Source: Dehalococcoidia bacterium
Lineage (GTDB): Bacteria; Chloroflexota; Dehalococcoidia; Lucifugimonadales; UBA3495
NCBI GenBank assembly: GCA_965199995.1
Contig: OZ241328.1
Location: 524,316 to 588,315, forward strand
DNA: 64,000 nt
Direction: 5' to 3'
Numbering within the stretch: the first letter of the stretch is position 1; the number at the start of each line of letters is the position of its first letter. Position numbers and translations under genes: made by a program. A model generated the notes under the pieces. That model ran no database searches, was not told where the DNA came from, and worked only from the letters and a program-made list of their open reading frames with translations. Shown in pieces: positions 38,281 to 46,065 of the stretch.

Positions 38281-40166
38281 CTATCTGCTGCGGGCTGTGT
38301 GGATTTCGTAGGGCAGTTGGCAGAAGGTGATGCCCATGCTGGTAAGCTCGCGCTGGCCGATGTACTTATCAGGGGCGAACACGATGGCTCCCTTGCCCTC
38401 GGCGCGGGCCGCCTTGCTGATGCTATGGGAGCGTTCTTGGTTCAGGGTTGCCTCGTTACTCCGCAGGTAATCCAGGTCGGGTTCATAGAACAGGTGATAG
38501 TTGTTCTTGCCGCTGCTGTAAAACAATCGGTCGCTCCCCTGGGGCCTCAACTTCCCTCTGCTTACGGATATGCCAGAGACAGTATGCACCAGATAGGCGG
38601 CCAGTTGGTCAAAGGAGGGCAGGGCCTCTCCGGTCAGCATACCTTCTAAGTCGATGGGTTCGCCTAGGGTGCAATAGGTGAAGGAGCCGCCCAGTCCCTC
38701 CCGCAACGCGGGGTCGCGGGCCCCCGGCACTCCGTTGATGACGCGGCGGACGCGCTCGGCGGTGATACTATCGGCGTAGTCTTCGCACTCGACGAGGATG
38801 AACTGGCGGTTGCCGCCGTCTTCCTGGTTCAGCGCGAGGACGGCGTGGGCCGTGGTGCCGCTGCCAGCGAAAGAATCGAGGACGATGTCGTTGTGGCCTG
38901 GTGCGCCGATCCTCAATAAATCCGACATCAAAGCAACTGCTTTGGGGTAGGGGAACCTTTCGTTAGCATCGTATAATATTTGAGAAAGTGTTTGTCCTCC
39001 AGCACGGCTACTATATTCGGCCTTGTAAAAGACTGATTTAGGTTTTTCTGTAGGTAAATCGCCGAGCTGAGGGCGTTGCTTTGAATATATTGCCATGCTA
39101 CCGTCCCTGCGTTGCTGAGCGAACACGTCGCTCGGGTTTTCACGCACTCTGGCTTTGCTCCAACGCCATATCGCCCGTGCCTCTCCGTTGCGAACCCTTG
39201 GGTTCACTGTAGTGAACGGTCCCCCAATATCTGGCTCTTCGTCATCGTTCGTGATGTGGACCGCTCCATCAGGACCCACAAAAATCGGGTAGTCAAGCGA
39301 CTCTGAGTACGTCAAACTACCGCGTTGCAGTAACTCTGGTTTGTAATACCCGGTGTCATCGCGGTGCCATTCTTCAAGAGCATTCCCTTGAACGGGAAAC
39401 CGTCCTAGATTTACTTCATTACGGTTTTTGGCGTACACCAAGCAATGCTCGTGGGCGCCGGCGAAACCAAATTGGTCGCTGCTACCCGCCAGATTTGCCA
39501 CGACGGCTAGATTAGCGATGAAGCTCGCCGCCCCCCAAACGTCGTCCATCATCATGCGCAGATGGTGCTGTTCGTTATCGTCGATGGAGACGAAAATGAC
39601 GCCATCGTCAGCAAGCAACTCTTTGAGCAGTTGCAGGCGGGGCCACATCATACAGAGCCACTTGTCGTGGCGTTCTAGGTCTTCGGTGTCAACGATTTGA
39701 TTCAGCCACTCCCTCATCAGGGGGCTGTTCACCTTGTCGTTATAGGCCCAGCCTTCATTGCCGGTGTTATAGGGCGGGTCGATGTAGATGCACTTGACGC
39801 GGTTGGCGTAGCGAGGAAGGAGGGCTTTGAGGGCGTGGAGGTTGTCGCCGTGGATGATGAGGTTACCGTCGGGCAGAACGGAATTAGAACTATCGTTCAG
39901 CTCTCTCTCTCTCTCTCTCTCGACATATGTTCTAATATCGACTTATCCGGGTGGGGAATCAGCGGACGGTGAGGAATAGTGAGGTGGTGGGCGTAGACAG
40001 TCTGCTTACCTTTGAACTCCAGGGAAGGCAAAGCACATCTCTCCGGCGGGTTGATGGAGTGTATACTACACCCCTCCGCGACAATTTTCATCATTGCATA
40101 TAGAGACCCCAGCAACTGCCGGGGCCGTTGTGGTTTGCGGAGAGGCCAGGGGTTAGGTCGAGTCAT
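38281..40166 (-). pseudogene. mod: Type III R-M Mod (beta-class N6-adenine methyltransferase) split by a (GA)10 tract; phase-OFF frameshift
   Basis: The downstream frame carries IIHGDNLHALKALLPRYANRVKCIYIDPPYNTG ... DSFAGSGTT and is open up to 39942 with no start codon. The upstream 89-codon ORF (ATG 40166) ends at TGA 39899-39897, directly after the tract. Removing 2 nt fuses them into 627 aa. Confidence 0.8.
39901..39921 (-). repeat. dinucleotide simple-sequence repeat, (GA)10G on the coding strand of mod
   Basis: The plus strand reads ctctctctctctctctctctc, located at the junction of the two mod reading frames. Confidence 0.97.
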
Positions 40167-40626
40167 CCTCCGGCGGGAGCAGATCTTCGAGGGGTATGCC
40201 TGTTTGCTGGGAAATCAAGGCCATACGCGCCTTCTGCCTCTTCCGCTCTTCGGCAAGGCCCTCAGCGTGGCCTTCAGCGCGACCCTCAGCGCGACCCTCA
40301 GCATGGCCTTCGACCCGGCCCTCGGCAAAGCCCTCGACCCGGCCCACAGCGCGGCCCACAGCTCTTGCCTCGGCCTCTATTTTCGCTCGCCTTTTCTGTC
40401 TTTGTTCCAGGGCCCAAAATACCATGTCCACACCTCTCTCTGCCAGTACGGCAAACATCCCGTAGATGACAACGGCCAGATCCACGAGGCTCGCCGCCGC
40501 TTCTAGTCTCTCCCATCCGCCCCATTGGCCCGACCTCTCTAATAGCAACAAGGTGACCACGAAAACCCCGAAGGGCGCTGCTATAGCGTGAAGCCTAAGC
40601 CATTTCATTCCCAGCCACTCTCCCAT
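40153..40626 (-). CDS. hypothetical two-TM membrane protein with a C-terminal (A/V)EG(R/H)-type repeat
   Basis: The start is probably M36 (40626). TM segments are AIAAPFGVFVVTLLLL and LVDLAVVIYGMFAVLA. Repeat: VGRVEGFAEGRVEGHAEGRAEGRAEGHAEGLAE. It overlaps the mod upstream ORF by 14 nt. Confidence 0.4.
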   Translation of the reverse strand: MGEWLGMKWLRLHAIAAPFGVFVVTLLLLERSGQWGGWERLEAAASLVDLAVVIYGMFAVLAERGVDMVFWALEQRQKRRAKIEAEARAVGRAVGRVEGFAEGRVEGHAEGRAEGRAEGHAEGLAEERKRQKARMALISQQTGIPLEDLLPPEDDST

Positions 40627-40684
40627 CCTGTTTTCTATCTTATCTATAAGATATAGGCCCCGGCAACTTCTGGAGCCTCTAAGT

Positions 40685-41131
40685 TCAGGACAGGGGCTGC
40701 TGGCTGAACGCGCCGCCCCCGGTGTATTCATCGGGGAGAAAGCCCCACAGAATTTCTAGCAAGGGAACTATCTCTTCCAGCGCAATTTCTGTTGTCCTCT
40801 GGGTCATATAGATTTCGCAGAACTGAACGTGCAGTCCCTCAGCTATTATTAGCCTGCGGTAAATTCCCCGTTCCAAGTCAGGATTTTCGTCGGCTAACGC
40901 TAAGACGCACTCCCGGATAGCTACGTGGTCGTAGTGGTTCTACCCCTTCAAGGTTGCCGCGGCCTTGGTTAGCTGAGCTACGGTTCCCCACCCCTTTTCG
41001 GCGGCTTTGCATATATCCTGTTCGCGCAGGTGTTCAGAGCCTTTAGCCCAGTACTCTTTTGCTTGGGCCACCTGCTTTCGGAGGCGCTGTTCGCGGCGTT
41101 CTAGGTTTTCACGGAAGGGTCTGGGGGCATT
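40685..41131 (-). pseudogene. PaREP1-family-like gene remnant (in-frame TAG plus N-terminal frameshift)
   Basis: Hand translation: ...AKEYWAKGSEHLREQDICKAAEKGWGTVAQLTKAAATLKG*NHYDHVAIRECVLALADENPDLERGIYRRLIIAEGLHVQFCEIYM... The TAG at 40942-40940 sits where a Trp is expected. The ATG at 41131 is in another frame. Confidence 0.45.
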
Positions 41132-41180
41132 TCGGCCTCACGGGTTTGGGCGTGATGTTAGTTTACCACGAGGCGGTTCT

Positions 41181-41210
41181 AGCAATAGGCCCCGGCAAAC
41201 TGCCGGGGCC
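41181..41210 (-). terminator. candidate terminator after the amidohydrolase gene
   Basis: On the minus strand, GGCCCCGGCA-GUU-UGCCGGGGCC followed by UAUUGCU. Confidence 0.5.
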
Positions 41211-41275
41211 TGGAGGTTCACTCCCACCCTAACCATCCTCCCTATCAAGGAGGGAATTTAGAGGGAGCAGGGATT

Positions 41276-43297
41276 TTAGCCGCGCCCGTTGCGAAGCAGA
41301 CGGCCGGGATAAGCGCCGGTGGGTTCGCCGTCTTCAAAGGTGATTTGGCCGTTGACCATGGTGTAGCGGTAGCCTTTGGCCTTCTGGATGCGGCGCCATT
41401 CGCCGCCGGGGAGGTCTTCGGCTACTTCGCTGGGGAGGACTTCCAGGCGCTGGAGGTCGTAGATTACCACGTCGGCCGGGGAGCCTTCGCGGAGGGCGCC
41501 GCGGTCCTGGAAGCCGCCGAAGTGGGCGGGCAGGAAGGAGAGCTTGTAATGAGCATCCTCCAGCGTGATAACCTTCTCGTCGCGCACCAGCCAGGTAAGC
41601 ATATCCGTGGGATAAATGCCGGCGGTCAGGAACTTGACGTGGGCGCCGCCGTCGGAGACGCCGGCGACGATGTGGTTGGAGTCCAGCACCTCGGCGGTGT
41701 ACTGGGCTTGGTCGCGGCCTTGGGTGTCGGCGTAGAACTCGGTGGCGAGGTCGTCTTCGACGCACATGTCGAGGAGGGCGTCGATGACGTGCTTGCCCTG
41801 TTCGTCGGCGATCTGCTGCACCGTCTGGCCGGCCTGGGGGCTGGAGGCTTCGGTTTCGTCGGGAGCGAGGGCGATCATGCGTTCGTCTACCACGTTGACT
41901 ACGAAGGACTTCATCCGCAGTTCGGGGTTGGTGATGCAACGGCCGCCGTCGTGCTCGTACTCGTAGGCGTGGGTGTCGCAGACAAAGGCATCGCCCTCGT
42001 CGCCGATGGTGCCGCCCTGGTGGGGGCAGACCACCGACAGCAGCTTATAGCCGTCGCGGGTGTTGACCAGGAAGTAGCTGGCCCCGCCGATGTTGACCTT
42101 GGCCGGGAGACGGGGGAAGTCGGACTCGGCGCCGATGTCAATCTTGACCTTGCGGGTCATTACTTGGAGGCTGCCGACGGAGCCTTGAACTACCAAGGTG
42201 GGGCGGGTGCCTGAGTCCCACTCCTCCTTGAGCTGGCGGCGCATCTCCGGGTCTTGCATCTTGGCCTTGCGGGTGGCCTTGTCGCCTAGGGTGACTTCGC
42301 GCCACATGGGGGTGTCGTCAAACAGGTTCCAGTCCTCGAAGGTCAGCTCGAAGCCGCCGCGACGGGTGGCGCCCTGGCCGTAGACCCGCAGGCCGCGCTC
42401 GGCGCAGCTTTCCAGCCAGCGGATGCGCTCGCGGTGCTGCTCGGGGTGGACGGCGTTGGGGGCGACGGCCTGGTAGAGCACCGGGCGGCCGGAGACTTCG
42501 GCCACGCGCTCGAAGAAGTTGCGAGTCTCTTCGCCCAAGGGGCGGCCGTCTTCGCCGGTTTCTTGGTAGGCCAGCTCGATGAAGCCTTCGTCGCGGTCGC
42601 GGAGTACGTGGGCGAAGGTCAGAACCTCATGCTCGGAAAGCAGGTCGGTAATCATCGGGGTGCCGTCGTAGTCGCGCTGCACCGAGGTTTCGCCAAGGAC
42701 CTGGGCCGACCAGCCGCAGGCGCCGTGGTCCATCGCTTCGTGAATGAGCCGCACCATCTCCTGCAATTCTTCCTCGGTGGGGCGGCGAGTCTTGGCCTCG
42801 TCCCAGCCCATGACCCAGGCGTAGAGCGGGGTCAGGGGGACGTAGGTCAGGCAGTTGATGCCCTTGGGGGTGTTTTCGAGGCTGTTGATGAAGTCGGGGA
42901 AGGTGACCCAGTTCCAGGGCATTCCCGCTTTCATGGCGTCGTAGGGGATGGCTTCGTTGCGGGTCATGCTGAGCATGGCGCGGTCCTGGTCTTCGACGCG
43001 GGAGGGGGCGAAGCCGAAGCCGCAGTTGCCCAAGGCTACGGAGGTTACGCCGTGCCAGCCGGAGAGGGTGCAGTACGGATCCCAGAAAATCTGGGCGTCG
43101 TAGTGGGTGTGCAGATCAACGAAGCCGGGGGCCACGATGAGGCCCTTGGCGTCGATTTCCCGGTCAGCGTCGCCGCCGTTCAGCCCGCCGATCTTGGCGA
43201 TGCGCCCGTCCTTGATGGCGATGTCGCTGATATAGCGGGGCGCGCGCGTCCCGTCAACGATAGTGCCGCCTCGGATAATGATGTCATAGGCCGCCAT
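41276..43297 (-). CDS. N-acyl-D-amino-acid deacylase (D-aminoacylase) family amidohydrolase with an inserted Rieske-like domain
   Basis: 673 aa. N-terminus YDIIIRGGTIVDG...APGFVDLHTHYD. The insert at aa ~375-480 carries CPHQGG-x11-CDTH. Strong GGAGGA RBS. Confidence 0.8.
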   Translation of the reverse strand: MAAYDIIIRGGTIVDGTRAPRYISDIAIKDGRIAKIGGLNGGDADREIDAKGLIVAPGFVDLHTHYDAQIFWDPYCTLSGWHGVTSVALGNCGFGFAPSRVEDQDRAMLSMTRNEAIPYDAMKAGMPWNWVTFPDFINSLENTPKGINCLTYVPLTPLYAWVMGWDEAKTRRPTEEELQEMVRLIHEAMDHGACGWSAQVLGETSVQRDYDGTPMITDLLSEHEVLTFAHVLRDRDEGFIELAYQETGEDGRPLGEETRNFFERVAEVSGRPVLYQAVAPNAVHPEQHRERIRWLESCAERGLRVYGQGATRRGGFELTFEDWNLFDDTPMWREVTLGDKATRKAKMQDPEMRRQLKEEWDSGTRPTLVVQGSVGSLQVMTRKVKIDIGAESDFPRLPAKVNIGGASYFLVNTRDGYKLLSVVCPHQGGTIGDEGDAFVCDTHAYEYEHDGGRCITNPELRMKSFVVNVVDERMIALAPDETEASSPQAGQTVQQIADEQGKHVIDALLDMCVEDDLATEFYADTQGRDQAQYTAEVLDSNHIVAGVSDGGAHVKFLTAGIYPTDMLTWLVRDEKVITLEDAHYKLSFLPAHFGGFQDRGALREGSPADVVIYDLQRLEVLPSEVAEDLPGGEWRRIQKAKGYRYTMVNGQITFEDGEPTGAYPGRLLRNGRG

Positions 43298-43361
43298 TGA
43301 TTCTTCTCCTCCGGTAGAATAATGGAAGACGAGTATGGATTCGCATTAGCGCTGATCAAGA

Positions 43362-43390
43362 ATTGTAGTTATCGCTAATTGGGCTGTCAA
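43362..43390 (-). promoter_or_regulatory. candidate sigma-70-type promoter of the amidohydrolase gene
   Basis: On the minus strand, TTGACA (43390-43385)-N17-TACAAT (43367-43362). The leader is ~58 nt. Confidence 0.55.
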
Positions 43391-43432
43391 TTGAAATTTA
43401 CTCATCTGATACATTGCAGATCGCGCAAATCA

Positions 43433-43468
43433 AGTACGCATTGCGTAATTTAGTACGCATTGCGTACT
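43433..43468. promoter_or_regulatory. two copies of a palindromic motif (GTACGCA-T-TGCGTAC), candidate operator pair
   Basis: agtacgcattgcgta (43433-43447) and agtacgcattgcgtact (43452-43468), spaced 19 bp start to start, about 45-80 bp upstream of the -35. Confidence 0.45.
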
Positions 43469-43564
43469 TACTGAAGAGCCGTCTTGATGTGTAAGAGATT
43501 TGCGCGGTTGCATCTTCCCTGCCTTACTGGGCGCCGCTAGGGAAGAAACCGGGAGAGACGGCGG

Positions 43565-43993
43565 TTAGGGAGCGGCGGCGGCGAGGCTGCGCTGGCGTTC
43601 AGCGAGGTCGGCGAGGGTAATGTTGCTAAGAACTTCGCTGATGGCGTCTTCGACGGACTTCCAGACTTCCTGCTGGGCGCAGGACTCGGAGAGCGCGCAG
43701 TCGAGGGGGTTGACCAGGCAGTCGAGGGGGGAGCTGTTGGCGTCCAGCTTGGACATTACCATGCTCAGGTTGATGGAGCAGGGAAGCATCGCCAATGAGT
43801 GCCCGCCCCGGGGGCCGCGGCGGCTGACGACGAAGCCGTACCTGTTCAGGGAGGCCATTAACTGGTCAAGATAGGCGACGGGGATGCCTTGTTTCGTTGC
43901 TATTTCAGCAGTTTGAACCGGCCCGTTTCCGTATTGAATTGCCAGCTCAACCAAGGCTCGCACCCCATAATCGACGCGCATGGGGATTTTCAT
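43565..43993 (-). CDS. Rrf2-family transcriptional regulator
   Basis: The start was moved to MKIPMRVDYGVRALVELA (43993, AGGAG RBS). The wHTH region resembles the IscR/NsrR family. Confidence 0.85.
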   Translation of the reverse strand: MKIPMRVDYGVRALVELAIQYGNGPVQTAEIATKQGIPVAYLDQLMASLNRYGFVVSRRGPRGGHSLAMLPCSINLSMVMSKLDANSSPLDCLVNPLDCALSESCAQQEVWKSVEDAISEVLSNITLADLAERQRSLAAAAP

Positions 43994-44084
43994 CTCGCCG
44001 CTCCTAGGAAGCCTGAGCAGAGCAATTATACACCACAATAGCGGCGCTTCCAAACGAAAAATGAAAGGGGAATGCCCGTTCCCG

Positions 44085-44284
44085 GGGCAATCGCATATGG
44101 GCGGCTTAACCCCCATCATTCCTAAACACCCATCACTCCCGCGAAGCTTGTGCCCGTGAAAACGGGGAGCGGGAATCCACGAACCTAATTAGGCGGCATC
44201 GTTCCGAAAGTCAGGCATCCTCAACGCTCCGGACTCCAGCTTTCCGCCGGGGTGGTTGGATTGTAATTTCATATGCGATTGCCC
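44085..44284. mobile_element. MITE-like copy of the composite repeat, bracketed by a perfect 15-bp inverted repeat
   Basis: gggcaatcgcatatg (44085-44099) and catatgcgattgccc (44270-44284) flank 170 bp that contain the family hairpin and the 57-nt core (44169-44226). Confidence 0.4.
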
Positions 44285-44338
44285 TGCTGTTTCCCGCCGC
44301 CCTTGCCACGGTAGTGCCATGCTACTATGATATAGCCC

Positions 44339-44884
44339 ATGGAAGAGAAGCAGGTTAAATATGCGTTGGGTCGGCTGTCGCAGATAGAACCCGTTACTTT
44401 TGGTGAGCCGGGGCGGCGCACCTTTCGGCTGGATTTGTACTCCGGCCCGGCTGTTTGCTCGCTATGGCTGGAGAAGGAGCAACTGTTCCAGCTTGGCGTA
44501 TATCTCCGCGATTATGTGGGCAGCTTGTCTGCGGAGGAACGGGAACGGGAAAGTGCGCCGCAGGAACCCGGCTGGCTGGGCGGAGAGACCACCATAGATT
44601 TCAAGGCCGGACAGATGTTCCTGAGCCACGACAAGGAAACTAACTCCTTCTTTATGCAGGCCCACGAGCGCGAGACAGGAGAAGAAGAGGAACGGACGCC
44701 CGGAGTAGAAGCCGATTCGGTTAGTTTCTGGATGACGCTAACTCAAGCCAGAGAATTGGCGGAAGAGTCGTTGCGCATTTGCGCCGCCGGCCGCCCCACC
44801 TGTTTCCTTTGTGGGCAGCCCATCAATCCCGATGGCCATGTGTGCCCGAGGGCCAACGGTCACACTATCCTAGAAGCCGGCTAA
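44339..44884 (+). CDS. DUF3090-family protein
   Basis: 181 aa. FGEPGRRTFRL...CAAGRPTCFLCGQPINPDGHVCPRANGH is typical of DUF3090/TIGR03847. Confidence 0.75.
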   Translation: MEEKQVKYALGRLSQIEPVTFGEPGRRTFRLDLYSGPAVCSLWLEKEQLFQLGVYLRDYVGSLSAEERERESAPQEPGWLGGETTIDFKAGQMFLSHDKETNSFFMQAHERETGEEEERTPGVEADSVSFWMTLTQARELAEESLRICAAGRPTCFLCGQPINPDGHVCPRANGHTILEAG

Positions 44885-44938
44885 CGCCCAGGGAAGCCGG
44901 CTAATGCCAGGCAGCCAACAGTACCGGACAGCCCCCGC

Positions 44939-45661
44939 TTGACTTCCGATAGCAAAGTCCAAGACGTGTTGCGCAATGGCGATATCCTGTCTTGCCAGTT
45001 GACGCGCCTCGGCTCCAACTACACCTTCGTGGTTAACGTCGCGCTGGATGGGGATGAGGCACTGGGCATCTACAAGCCGCGGGACGGCGAAGCTCCGCTG
45101 TGGGACTTCCCCAACGGCACCCTCTACAAGCGCGAGTACGCTGCCTACCTGCTTAGCGACATCCTAGGCTGGAATCTGATCCCCTTCACGCTCATCCGCG
45201 ACGGGCCTTACGGCATCGGTTCGGTGCAGGAATTCATTATCCACGACCCTAAAGAGAACTATTACACCCTGGGGCGGGAATACGCCGACCAGTTGCGCGT
45301 CATCTGTTGCTTCGACTTGGTGGCTAACAGTACCGACCGGAAGCCGAACCACCTCATCACCGGCGGGGACGGCAAGCTGTGGAGCATTGATCACGGGCTG
45401 ACCTTCCACTCTGACGTGAAAATCCGTACAGTCATTTGGGATTTTGGCGGGGAGCCTATTCCGGACGCGCTGCTGGATAGCCTGACGGAGTTGCAGTCCC
45501 GTCTTATGGGCCCCGAAAAGAGTATGCCGAAGCTTTTGCGGGAGCTACTGGAACTGCTGACGCCGCCGGAAGTGGAGGCGCTGAAGGGCCGGTTGGACTG
45601 GGTGCTGACCGAGCGCGTCTTCCCCGGACTGCAACGCCCCAGGCGCCGGCGCAGGGGCTGA
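44939..45661 (+). CDS. SCO1664-family protein (PI3/4-kinase-like fold)
   Basis: 240 aa with a TTG start. GSNYTFVV...IYKPRDGEAPLWDFPNGTLYKREYAAY...DRKPNHL...IDHGLTFH. Confidence 0.7.
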   Translation: MTSDSKVQDVLRNGDILSCQLTRLGSNYTFVVNVALDGDEALGIYKPRDGEAPLWDFPNGTLYKREYAAYLLSDILGWNLIPFTLIRDGPYGIGSVQEFIIHDPKENYYTLGREYADQLRVICCFDLVANSTDRKPNHLITGGDGKLWSIDHGLTFHSDVKIRTVIWDFGGEPIPDALLDSLTELQSRLMGPEKSMPKLLRELLELLTPPEVEALKGRLDWVLTERVFPGLQRPRRRRRG

Positions 45662-45687
45662 CAAGGGCGAGGCAAGAGGGCAAGGGA

Positions 45688-46065
45688 ATGGCGGTGGAAA
45701 GAATTAGCGCGATTACCTTGGCGGTAACGGATATGGCCCGCTCGGTGGTGTTCTATCGCGATTACGTGGGATTGAACCTTTTATACGGCGGCGAACAGGC
45801 CTCCTTCACCAGCTTTCGCGTGGGCGAAGGTTTCGTCAATCTCATGCTGCGCGACGAACAGACGCGCTGGTGGGGCCGGCTGATTTTCCACGTGGACGAC
45901 GTTGACGCGCACTACCGGCGGTTAACCGGCTTCGGCCTGACTCCGTCAACCGTTCCCTCTGATGCGCCGTGGGGCGAGCGCTACTTCCACATAGACGATC
46001 CGGACGGCCACGAACTTAGCTTTGCCAAGCCTCTTCTGGCGGACAGATGCCGGGCTAGGTGTTGA
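45688..46065 (+). CDS. VOC/glyoxalase family protein
   Basis: 125 aa. ISAITLAVTDMARSVVFYRDYVGL...DPDGHELSF. Confidence 0.75.
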   Translation: MAVERISAITLAVTDMARSVVFYRDYVGLNLLYGGEQASFTSFRVGEGFVNLMLRDEQTRWWGRLIFHVDDVDAHYRRLTGFGLTPSTVPSDAPWGERYFHIDDPDGHELSFAKPLLADRCRARC

